Below are positions 1-9,511 of a DNA stretch of 64,000 nt, piece by piece. This DNA comes from Folioceros fuciformis (Eukaryota): contig JBNGIO010006161.1 of assembly GCA_049999805.1 (NCBI GenBank), positions 1-64,000 on the forward strand, read 5' to 3'. The position numbers were made by a program, and so were the translations under genes. Below the pieces are notes generated by a model. That model had not been told where the DNA came from, made no database searches, and was given only the letters and a program-made list of their open reading frames with translations. Position 1 is the first letter of the stretch, and every line of letters begins with the position of its first letter.

Positions 1-460
1 GGTTACGACTACCCAAACAAACAAAACACGGTTGCAATTATCCAAATAAACAAAACACATTTGCGACTATGCAAACAAACACAATAAGACAATAAGGATG
101 CAACTACCCAAACAAACACAAGGTTGTCACTACTCAAACAAACAAAATAGGGTTGAGACCAACCCAACAAAGCCGAAGCAAAACATGGTCAAGATAAACC
201 CAACAAATCAAGATAAACCCAACAACTCAAGATAAACCCAACAAATCAAGATAAACCCAACAAATCAAGATAAACCCAACAAAACACGGTTGAGACTATC
301 TGGACAGTTCGCAAATGAGACCACCCGCCGACCACCCCCAACTAAACGTGGTAAGACCACCCCCAACTAAACGTGGTAAGACCACCCCCAACTGAACGTG
401 GTAAGCCCACCCAAACAAAACGTTCCGGAAACCTACCCAAGCAAAACATATGTGAGACCA
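1..460. repeat. Degenerate A/C-rich tandem repeat region
   Basis: CCAAACAAACAAAACAC-like units at 1-185; five copies of 19-bp TCAAGATAAACCCAACAAA at 189-283; three copies of 25-bp GACCACCCCCAACTAAACGTGGTAA at about 330-404. Confidence 0.85.
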
Positions 461-1283
461 CTCTATTGTAGCTGCCCATGGTCGCTAAGGTCTCGCTGTA
501 GAGCTCTAAAAGCCAGGACTAGAACAATAAGGCCCAGAATCTAATCCCGAAATACCGAAGCAAGAATGCAGGCGCAAAGACTTTCAGAAGTTGACGATAG
601 CGAGTGATGGAACACACCATCGGGCCAGCAATGAAGCCCAAGCGCAACGCAACTGAAGCCACCATCGCAGCTTACGATGCGAGGGCACGGGTGTGTTTCT
701 TGTCACAGACGTGGACGAGACAGGGGGAACCTCAAGATATTTCTATGAATGCGCAGACAAGAACGCACGTCACAAATAAAGACCATCAGACTGCTCGACT
801 AAAGCAACGGAAAAAAAAATGACTCCCAACCCACAAGCTCTAGTCGAGTGACAAAGAAAGGCATCGGCAGCAACACAAGCTAGAAGATTCAGGCGCAATC
901 AGAGCATCGTGATATTATCGAGGACATGGGGATCCACGAACAGTTAAACCTACCCCTAAAGCTGAGTACGTGAAAGCACTGTCTAGCCACGAGAGAAGCC
1001 AAGAGACACAACATACAAGGACATAAAACCCTGAACGACAATCAATTACATACCAACCTACCCCGGCGGATCTAAGACTTGCTTCCGCATCCTTCAGCTG
1101 TTCATAAGATATCAGGGTCCAATTCCTTTCGATTGAAGTCCATGCTACTTGCGATGTGTCCGCCAAAAAAGAAGTCCACTCCGAACTGGCAGAGGACCCT
1201 GAAGAGAACTGGGGATACAGAGGCCTGGGAAGGCTTGTGACTGCTCGTGCAAGCACGAGTGAGGAGTACAACTAACACTCCTC

Positions 1284-1992
1284 CTATTCGAAGGCCCACT
1301 GATTCTCCCTCCTAACCTCCTCCTCTTCCTCCGGGGTGAAGTCGTTCTTGATGTTAAATGTCTTGCGAATCTCCTCAGGGCTCTTGCCTTTGATCATATC
1401 TGCCACGGTTTGGCAGGTCAAATCCAACAGCTTCTTTATGTTCAAGTAATTGGCCGCCTGGTTCACAGCGACAACCAACAACATAAGTGCACATTACGAC
1501 CAACAACCTCCTCCTGGTCCCATCGCGGCAGGGCCAGGGCCGCTCTCTTGAACCACTTGACCCGAACCAAAACCAGTGAGCCAACACTCACCCGCAGTGA
1601 ACGATGCAAACGAACACGGCGGCTAGCAGGCGGAAGGAAGACGCACAATGGCCTCAGTCCAGCCGCCTAGCTAGCGCCACTCCACTCACCAGTATGAGGT
1701 CGAACAAGGTTGCTTGGTCGACCTTGACGAATTCTTGGTCCCACCCCTTGATTTCATCGTCGGCAGCCGCTGGCTTATCCTCGGACGACTTCACAGCCTC
1801 CACATGGTACTTACAGTACTCAATGACCTTCGCCAAGATCTTGCTGCTCACGTTGGGGAGCGGGATAGGGTTTTCCACACCGGTGTCTTCAATCATATTC
1901 TTGACTGTCTGGCTCTCATGCGCCACAGCCTCGTCCACCTCAAACATCTCGTCATCCGAGCTCTTCAACTTCACCTTAGTCTCCCGAGACAT
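1284..1992 (-). CDS. SKP1: SKP1/ASK SCF ubiquitin-ligase subunit; 2 exons (1992-1690, 1457-1284), 158 aa
   Basis: [118 protein letters not shown]...CAG phase-0 intron. Confidence 0.97.
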
Positions 1993-3249
1993 GCCTGCGA
2001 AAGCTACACTCCGCCTCGCCTCTTACTCCGACAAACCCTGGCAGCAAGCACACAAACCCCTAAGCCTCCACTCGCCAGCACGCGGCGCACCCAAATTACA
2101 GCAAGGGCAGAGAACACCTCCAACCCAACCTCGCACGCTGTGATCCTTGCCACACAAAGACGGAGTACCAGCAACACAAGAGGCGCACCCTCAACCCACC
2201 GCACACACGACTCCAGGAGGCGCAAACGTCACCCTACTCGTGTCCCGATTATATGTAGGTAGCGCGCTGTCCAGATAGCGACATTTACTCCCACCAACAC
2301 CTAGCCCTTTTTTTCACGGACGTGGTTCACAGAGCTAGGTATCTGTTATGCTAAATCACATACGTAGTGCGTCCATGCATTAATTCTAGGTTACGGTTAA
2401 TTTGTCTCTGCCAACTAACTACCCTTGTTTGCTTTATCCTGGCGTGGTTAACAGAGCTCTCTAGACGCATCCTCCGGGTACCAGGTCATTCTCGTGTTAC
2501 GAAAAGAGAATGCACCGGTGTTAGCCGACGTGAAGGAAGCCCTCTAATCCTTTCCTCCATACACAACAAGAAGCTGTTGCACACCCGGATGACAGAGCGA
2601 TCCGTGTCCCCACACCTTCTGTGAGAGCTCTCATGGATCCCTCTTCCGGATTCCAGATCGCTACATTTGCCATGCATGTCCGCCAGGCTATTGCCTACCC
2701 GTATGATATCCAGCCGTCCGGGTCCATAATGCGTGAGTTCAGATGCCTACCCTTCTGTGAGGAACCAGCACTTGCACACGCCTCCAGAAGGTACCGGAAT
2801 CATCTACCAGTTCGCCACATTCTGCTTAAGAACCACAAGCAGTTCCCATCAAGCGTGCTGGGAGGACTGTCAGTCTGCAGGACATCACCGTGCACTCTTC
2901 CCCTCTGCCAGGTCCCAGGCCTACCACGGACAGACGATGCACAAGCTCGACGGCAGCTAAGTCAGTATTCACTCCTGACCCACGCGTCTCCACGAGGGTG
3001 TGCAGGAGGATCGCCATTCTTGGCCTCTTAGACGTGAGAAGCACGAGTTTGGTCACATCCGAGTTGTGCAACCATGACGTGTGAAAGGATAGGAGTCTCG
3101 CACACGCAGCACGAAGTTTCGGCCGTGTGGTTGACAGTTCACGTGGATCAAATGGATCCATCGTCCGATCGTAGCAACAAAAGTTGTGGCAGGTATCAGC
3201 CAGCTTTATCACAAATTTGTCATGAAGATCTACGTGACGTCTCCTCCCT

Positions 3250-4367
3250 TTACGCCCTGCCTCTGCGGGAGAGCACGTACAGCGCCACGCGGGAGCTTCT
3301 GAAGTCGGGATGCCACAATGCCTTGGGAATTCGTCCGATGACGAAATCCTTCAAGGCCAGCTCGAAAAAGCATTCCAGCACGGCATCTGCATTGCACGGG
3401 ACGTATCGTGAGCCTGGCTCTCTCTCTCTGAAGCTTATCACACAGCCTCACAGGGCATGGAAGGTGGAGATGGCTGCCGACCGTTTCGAAGCTCTCCTGC
3501 TAGGAGTACAGTTGCACCCGGGTGTGTGCACAGAGCTCGCAGCGTGCGCAACAAATCAGGAACCACGTCCTCGTTGTAGATGACATCGGAAGCAAGCACT
3601 GCATGGCAGAGAAGAATGCAGAATCAGGCTCCTCCTACCACGATATTGAATTGATTGCGTAGCCGACCTCGGGCAAGATCACCTCGCACCGTAATCTGTG
3701 GAGAGATGCAACAAGTCTCCTTCGAGTTCACATCCCCACTCCAGCAGTTCCACAGATGCGGAGCCTTTACCACACAGCCTCACGTTCGCCTCCACGTTTT
3801 TTTGCAGCAGACGCAATCGGTCATGCAGGTCTGTCAAGACGACATGAGCACCCAAGAGAGCTGCAACACATCTGCCGGACCGTCAGTTAGGGCGAGACAC
3901 ATCCGCTAAATCACGCCTGGCTGCCATCACTCACACAGAGCTCACCCCACCAGTCCGCAGCCAGCTCCCAGCTCCACACACCGCTTCCCTTGCACCTGCA
4001 GCAGCCCTGAATCCACCGCGTGCTCAAGGAACTTGGCCAGCACCACGCCGCTGTCCCACATGACAGCTCCAGTCACCCCTGGTTTGTGCTGCCACAAATT
4101 CGTAGCGGGAGGTGTGAACTGAGCAGATCCAGGCACTGGAATTTGCATCACCACAATGATAAATGGAGCAGAGACCATGGAAGCCGGGGCTTGCTCGATG
4201 TGGAGGTTGTGTCCGCACGCATCCAGTTGCAGGAGCAGCGACGTATGGCTCACGAATGCATTCGGGGCTGCCAAGGTTGGCTGTTCCAAGCCCCACAGTA
4301 GCATTGTTTCCTCGCATGGATCTTCCACCAGCTGCACCTCCGACGCCAGTGCTCCCACCACCATCAT
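3250..4367 (-). CDS. METTL21/Methyltransf_16-family SAM-dependent protein-lysine methyltransferase, multi-exon
   Basis: EETMLLWGLEQPTL, PGVTGAVMWDSGVVLAKFLEH, VELGAGCGLVG (motif I), VVLTDLHDRLRLLQKNV, ASDVIYNE, DAVLECFFELALKDFVIGR...WHPDFRS. Start taken at the first ATG (4367); internal exon borders not all fixed. Confidence 0.9.
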
Positions 4368-4423
4368 GCTCGCAGTCGCAGACACGGACAACCGCGGGCT
4401 AGAAACCCGTCCCCTCCAAGAGC

Positions 4424-7400
4424 ATGTCTGGCTGGAGACGGGTCTGTCAGCGGCGGTCGTCTCCGGCAGCTCTGCTGTGGACTGTTCCCGCCAGACCCAG
4501 CTGTCTGGTTCGTCCTGTGTCTGCAGGACGCGAAATTGGAGTGCTGCCTGAAATCGTGAGCAAGCTATGTGAGGAGGGCCGGCTCACTGAGGCTGTAGAG
4601 GCTTTGGGACTTTTGGTGCAGATAGACGGCCACGTTTCCAAGTCTCTCCTTTATGCCGTGCTCAAGAGATGTGCTGTCCAGAAGGACATTGCTCTAGGCC
4701 GCCGGGTGCACGCCTTCGCGGTGAAGAAGGGGTACCAGGAGAACGCGTTTCTTTGCAACCATATTCTTCGACTATATGCTTGTCACGGCAGGTTGCAAGA
4801 CGCCATGGATGTGTTCACCGATGTTGCCAGTCCAGATGCCTTCATGTGGTCTTCCATAATTTCTGCCCATGTTAAACACGGCCAAGACAAGCAAGCAATA
4901 GAACTCTATCGTAGGATGTGCAGGTCAAGTGTGACACCTGATAGCCATGTTTTCGTGGCAGCTCTTCAGGCTTGCGCAAGGGCACAGGACTTGAAAGCTG
5001 TTCAGGAGCTTCATGCCCATGTCTTGGCCAGTAAGTATGAACGTGATTTGTTCGTCTGTAATTGCTTGGTGGACTCGTATGGCAAGTGTGGCAGCTTGGA
5101 AGGCGCGAAAAGAGTTTTCGACGGACTGGACCAAAAGGATGTCGTGACTTGGACTGCCATGATAGCAGGATATTCCCAGCATGGCATGGGCGAGGAAGCT
5201 CTTCATCTCTACAGCGTCATGGACGAAGGCGGCATCGCTGTACCCAACGCTGTGACATATGTTTGCCTCCTGCAGGCATGTGCATGTGTGGGCACCCCAG
5301 CTTTGGAGAGGGGGCGGCAGCTTCATGCACAAATTAGAGAACGCGGCCATCATGCTGATGTCTTTGTAGGCAACAGTTTGGTGAACATGTATGCTAAGTG
5401 TGGCAGCTTACAGGATGCCAAGAGGTTGTTTGATGGGCTTGGCCAAAAAGATGTGGTCACGTGGACTACTCTAATCACAGGGTATGGCCAGCAGAGGATG
5501 GGGCATGAAGCCCTGCAACTCTATAGTGCTATGCAGGAAGAAGGCATTGCGGTACCCAATTCCGTGACATTTGTGTGCCTTCTGCAAGCATGCGCGAGTG
5601 TGGGCCCCCTAGCTTTGGAGAAGGGACGGCAGCTTCATGCACAGATTACAGAACAAGGACATGAAGCCGAGGTGTTGATAGCAAACAGTTTGGTGAACAT
5701 GTATGCAAAGTGCGGCAGGTTGGAAGAAGCCCAAAAAGTGTTCGAAGGACTTGCCGAAAAAGATGTAGTTACTTGGAGTGCCATTATAGCAGGATATTCC
5801 CAGCAGGGCATGGGGGAGGAAGCCCTTGGCCTTTATAGGACTATGCAGGAGGAAGGCATCACAGCACCGAATTCTGTAACTTTTGTTTGCCTCCTGCAGG
5901 CATGTGCAAGTGTGGGCAATTCTGCATTGGACAAGGGGCAGGAGCTACATGCACAAATTCGAGGGCAAGGACTTGAACGTGATCTATTGCTAGCCAACAG
6001 CATAATAAACATGTATGCAAAGTGTGGCAGTTTGGAAGATGCCCAAAAAGTGTTTGATGGGATTACTCCGAAAAATGTATTGACATGGAATGCTATCATG
6101 GCAGGATACTCTCAGCAGGGCATGGGGAATAAAGCCCTTAGTTTGTATAGGCTTATGGAAGAAGAAGGTGTGACTATACCCAATTCTGTGAGTTTTGTGT
6201 GCCTCCTGCAGGCATGTGCAAGCCTGGGCACCGAAGCTTTGGGGAAGGGGAAGCAGCTCCATGTGCAAATTAGCGAGTATGGACATCAGGCTGATTTATT
6301 AGTGGCCAACAGTCTAGTGAACATGTATGCGAAGTGTGGCAGCGTAGAAGATGCTCGGAGAGTGTTTGATGGCCTTGATGAAAAAAATGTGGTGACATGG
6401 AGTGCCATGATATCAGGGTATTCTCAGCAGGGCATGGGGAGGGAAGCCCTTCGGCTTTACGATGCAATGGAACAAGACGGAGTTGTTGCATCCGATTCTG
6501 TGACCTTTGTTTGCCTCCTGCAGGCTTGTGCACGTATTGGGACCCAAGCTCTGGAGAAGGGCAAACAGCTTCATGCGCGAATCAGAGAAGGAGGACATGC
6601 AGTTGACGTGTTTGTAGCAAACAGTTTGATAGATATGTATGCAAAATGTGGCAGCTTGGAAGGAGCTCAAGGAGTCTTTGACGGGCTTTGTAAAAAGGAT
6701 AGAGTGACATGGAACACAATAATAGCAGGATACTCCCAGCAGGGTATGGGCCAAGATGCCCTGCGCCTGTTCAGTAGCATGCTAGAAGATGAGAGGACTG
6801 TACCAGATTCTGTCACTTTCGCGTGTGTCCTGCAGGCATGTGCAAGTGTGGGCAGCCAGGCGTTGGAGAGGGGCAAGGAGATTCATGCCCAAATTAGAGA
6901 AAGAGGACAACAGTCTGATGTGCTTGTAGCCAACAGTTTGGTAAACATGTATGCGAAGTGTGGCAGCATAAAGGATGCCCACAAAATATTTGTTGAATTA
7001 GGTCAGAAAGATATAGTGACATGGAATACTATGATTGCAGGGTATTCCCAGCAAGGCATGGGCCGGGAAGCCCTTTGTCTTTTCAGTAGCATGGAAGAAG
7101 ACGGCATGACTGTACCTGACTGTGTGACATTTCACTCCCTCCTGCAGGCGTGCGCAAGTGTAGGCACCTTGGCGTTGGAGAAAGGGAAGCAGCTTCACAA
7201 ACAGGTAAGAGAACGAGGACACCTGGAGGATCAAGTCGTAGCCAACGGTTTGGTTAACATGTATGCAAAGTGTGGAAGCCTAGAAGATTCTCGAAGAGTT
7301 TTTGATGGACTTTGCCAAAAGGATGTGGGGACATGGAATGCCATTATTGGACAGTATTCTCAGCAGGGTATAGGGCAGGAAGCTCTTCGTCTGTATAGTG

Positions 7401-9238
7401 CGATGCAAGAAGAAAGCATTGCAGTTCCGGATGCCATGACATTTGTGAGTCTCCTGCAAGCATGTGCTAGTTTGGGCTCCACAGCCTTGGAGAAGGGAAA
7501 GCAGCTTCATTCGCAAATTAGCGAAGGAGGGCATCATGCAAATGTCTTTGTTGCCACCAGTTTGATGAACATGTATGCCAAGTGTGGCAGTTTGAAAGAC
7601 GCCCAGATAGTGTTTGATGGACTTGGTGAGAAAGATGTTGTGACGTGGAATGCCATGCTAGCAGCATACTCCAGGCAAGGTAGGGACCTGGAAGTCCTTG
7701 ATCTCTACAGTGTTATGCAGGAGGAGGGCAGGTCTGTACCAAATGCCTTGACTTTTGTGTGCCTCCTGCGCGCATGCGCAAGTGTTGGCATCCCTGCTTT
7801 GGAAAGAGGGAGGGAGCTTCATGTTCAAATTAGAGAACAAGGGCTTGACGCACATGTGTTCGTAGCCAACAATTTGGTCAACATGTATTCCAAGTGCGGC
7901 AACCTAGAAGCTGCTCAAGAAGTGTTTGATGGGCTTGGCCAAAAAGACGTAGTGACATGGAATGCCATGATAGCAGGGTATTCTCAGCAGGGCATGGGAC
8001 AGGAAGCCCTTCGTCTTTACGATGATCTGGTACAAGACTGTACGACTGCACCTGATTCTGTGACTTTTGTGTGCCTCCTACAGGCATGTGCAGTTCTAGG
8101 TACTCCAGCTTTGGAGAAGGGGAAGCAGCTTCATGCGCACATAACTGAACAAGGAAATGAAGCTGCCATATTTGTAGCCAATAGTTTGGTCAACATGTAT
8201 GCAAAATGCGGCAGCCTTAAGGATGCTCAAAGACTGTTTGACGGATTTGTGGCAAAAGATGTGGTGACATGGAATGTTATGATAGCTGCGTATGCCCAGC
8301 AGGGCATGGGTGAGGAAGCGCTCAGTCTTTACAGTACTATGCAAGGAGTTACTGCACCTAATTCCGTCACATTTGTGTGCCTTCTGCAAGCATGTGCAAA
8401 CGTGGCAGCTTTGCACGTGGGTAGGCAGCTACACGCCCAGATCAAAGAAAGAAGCCTTCAAGACGAGGTGTGCGTTGCCGTCAGTTTGATAAACATGTAT
8501 GGCAAGTGTGGGTGCATGGCTGATGCGCAGCAGGTGTTCGCAGGATTGCCCGAGAGAGACATCTTGGCCTGGAATGCCTTGGTTGCGGGATACAGCAACC
8601 AAGGCAACGGTGCAAAGGTCTTCGACTTGGTGCTCAGAATGAGACAGGATGGCGTGGAGCCTGATGGCATCACTTTCATGAGTGTGCTAACTGTATGCAG
8701 TCACACGGGCCTAGTCGACAAGGGTCGAGAGTACTTTGAAGCTATGAGCACAAACCATGGCATCACCCCCACGGTTGAGCACTACACATGTATGGTGGAC
8801 CTCCTGGGCCGTGCAGGCCGTCTGGACGAGGCACTAACCTTAGTGAGTGCAATGCCTGCGCTGCCTGATCACACAGTTTGGCATACTCTACTGGCTGCGT
8901 GTGCAAAGTGGATTAACGTGGAGGTGGGACTTCATGCTTTCCATCAAGCGTTGGAGCTGGACAAGAAAGATGCTGCTGCTTATGTTATGATGTCGAACAT
9001 ATACGCCGCTGCCGAGATGTGGGAGCGGGCCCGCGAGATGCAGACCAGGAGAATACGTATCAGGGCATCGAAGCCTCCGGGTCAGAGCTGGTGGACTGAC
9101 ATGGACGGACTGGTTCATACCTTTCTGGTTGGGGAGAAGAAGCGTCCCAAGAATCAGGCGAGGCTGAAACAGGACGTCTCCGCTGTAAGGGAAGTAGATA
9201 TCTCCGCGTTGGAGACTCTGCGGCAGCGGCATGGCTGA
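4424..9238 (+). CDS. PLS-class PPR protein (PPR1), 1604 aa, about 40 motifs, E1/E2, WW-type PG box, DYW truncated
   Basis: Intronless ORF of repeated P (VVTWNAMIAGY), L (SVTFVCLLQAC) and S (VFVANSLVNMYAKCG) motifs, then HYTCMVDLLGRAG, E1, E2 and KPPGQSWWTD. Confidence 0.95.
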   Translation: MSGWRRVCQRRSSPAALLWTVPARPSCLVRPVSAGREIGVLPEIVSKLCEEGRLTEAVEALGLLVQIDGHVSKSLLYAVLKRCAVQKDIALGRRVHAFAVKKGYQENAFLCNHILRLYACHGRLQDAMDVFTDVASPDAFMWSSIISAHVKHGQDKQAIELYRRMCRSSVTPDSHVFVAALQACARAQDLKAVQELHAHVLASKYERDLFVCNCLVDSYGKCGSLEGAKRVFDGLDQKDVVTWTAMIAGYSQHGMGEEALHLYSVMDEGGIAVPNAVTYVCLLQACACVGTPALERGRQLHAQIRERGHHADVFVGNSLVNMYAKCGSLQDAKRLFDGLGQKDVVTWTTLITGYGQQRMGHEALQLYSAMQEEGIAVPNSVTFVCLLQACASVGPLALEKGRQLHAQITEQGHEAEVLIANSLVNMYAKCGRLEEAQKVFEGLAEKDVVTWSAIIAGYSQQGMGEEALGLYRTMQEEGITAPNSVTFVCLLQACASVGNSALDKGQELHAQIRGQGLERDLLLANSIINMYAKCGSLEDAQKVFDGITPKNVLTWNAIMAGYSQQGMGNKALSLYRLMEEEGVTIPNSVSFVCLLQACASLGTEALGKGKQLHVQISEYGHQADLLVANSLVNMYAKCGSVEDARRVFDGLDEKNVVTWSAMISGYSQQGMGREALRLYDAMEQDGVVASDSVTFVCLLQACARIGTQALEKGKQLHARIREGGHAVDVFVANSLIDMYAKCGSLEGAQGVFDGLCKKDRVTWNTIIAGYSQQGMGQDALRLFSSMLEDERTVPDSVTFACVLQACASVGSQALERGKEIHAQIRERGQQSDVLVANSLVNMYAKCGSIKDAHKIFVELGQKDIVTWNTMIAGYSQQGMGREALCLFSSMEEDGMTVPDCVTFHSLLQACASVGTLALEKGKQLHKQVRERGHLEDQVVANGLVNMYAKCGSLEDSRRVFDGLCQKDVGTWNAIIGQYSQQGIGQEALRLYSAMQEESIAVPDAMTFVSLLQACASLGSTALEKGKQLHSQISEGGHHANVFVATSLMNMYAKCGSLKDAQIVFDGLGEKDVVTWNAMLAAYSRQGRDLEVLDLYSVMQEEGRSVPNALTFVCLLRACASVGIPALERGRELHVQIREQGLDAHVFVANNLVNMYSKCGNLEAAQEVFDGLGQKDVVTWNAMIAGYSQQGMGQEALRLYDDLVQDCTTAPDSVTFVCLLQACAVLGTPALEKGKQLHAHITEQGNEAAIFVANSLVNMYAKCGSLKDAQRLFDGFVAKDVVTWNVMIAAYAQQGMGEEALSLYSTMQGVTAPNSVTFVCLLQACANVAALHVGRQLHAQIKERSLQDEVCVAVSLINMYGKCGCMADAQQVFAGLPERDILAWNALVAGYSNQGNGAKVFDLVLRMRQDGVEPDGITFMSVLTVCSHTGLVDKGREYFEAMSTNHGITPTVEHYTCMVDLLGRAGRLDEALTLVSAMPALPDHTVWHTLLAACAKWINVEVGLHAFHQALELDKKDAAAYVMMSNIYAAAEMWERAREMQTRRIRIRASKPPGQSWWTDMDGLVHTFLVGEKKRPKNQARLKQDVSAVREVDISALETLRQRHG

Positions 9239-9511
9239 GATTCTGCAGCAGCACAATGGCTGAGACCATTTGCGTCAAAGCAGAAAGGTTGCCATGGCAG
9301 ATGCCATGAACAGCAGGCTCGACCAGACGTCATTGATCGCGATGAAGAGCACACCGAACGGCGTTCTCAGGCTGCTACTCAAGATCAGGAGCACACGAGA
9401 ATGCTTACGGACATGCTCTTTCAACTCCAGAAGTGCTGTTGAACGTTTGGAATGATTCTTGGTTCCAGCTGATTTCTGCGATGAGCGGGTGCATCTCCTG
9501 CAGCGGGTACT

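Noticed and set aside
189..404. CRISPR-like appearance of the short repeats
   Set aside because: Head-to-tail copies without unique spacers, no cas genes, eukaryotic context.
2367..3212. Short ORFs between SKP1 and the methyltransferase
   Set aside because: No recognisable domain or consistent exon chain.
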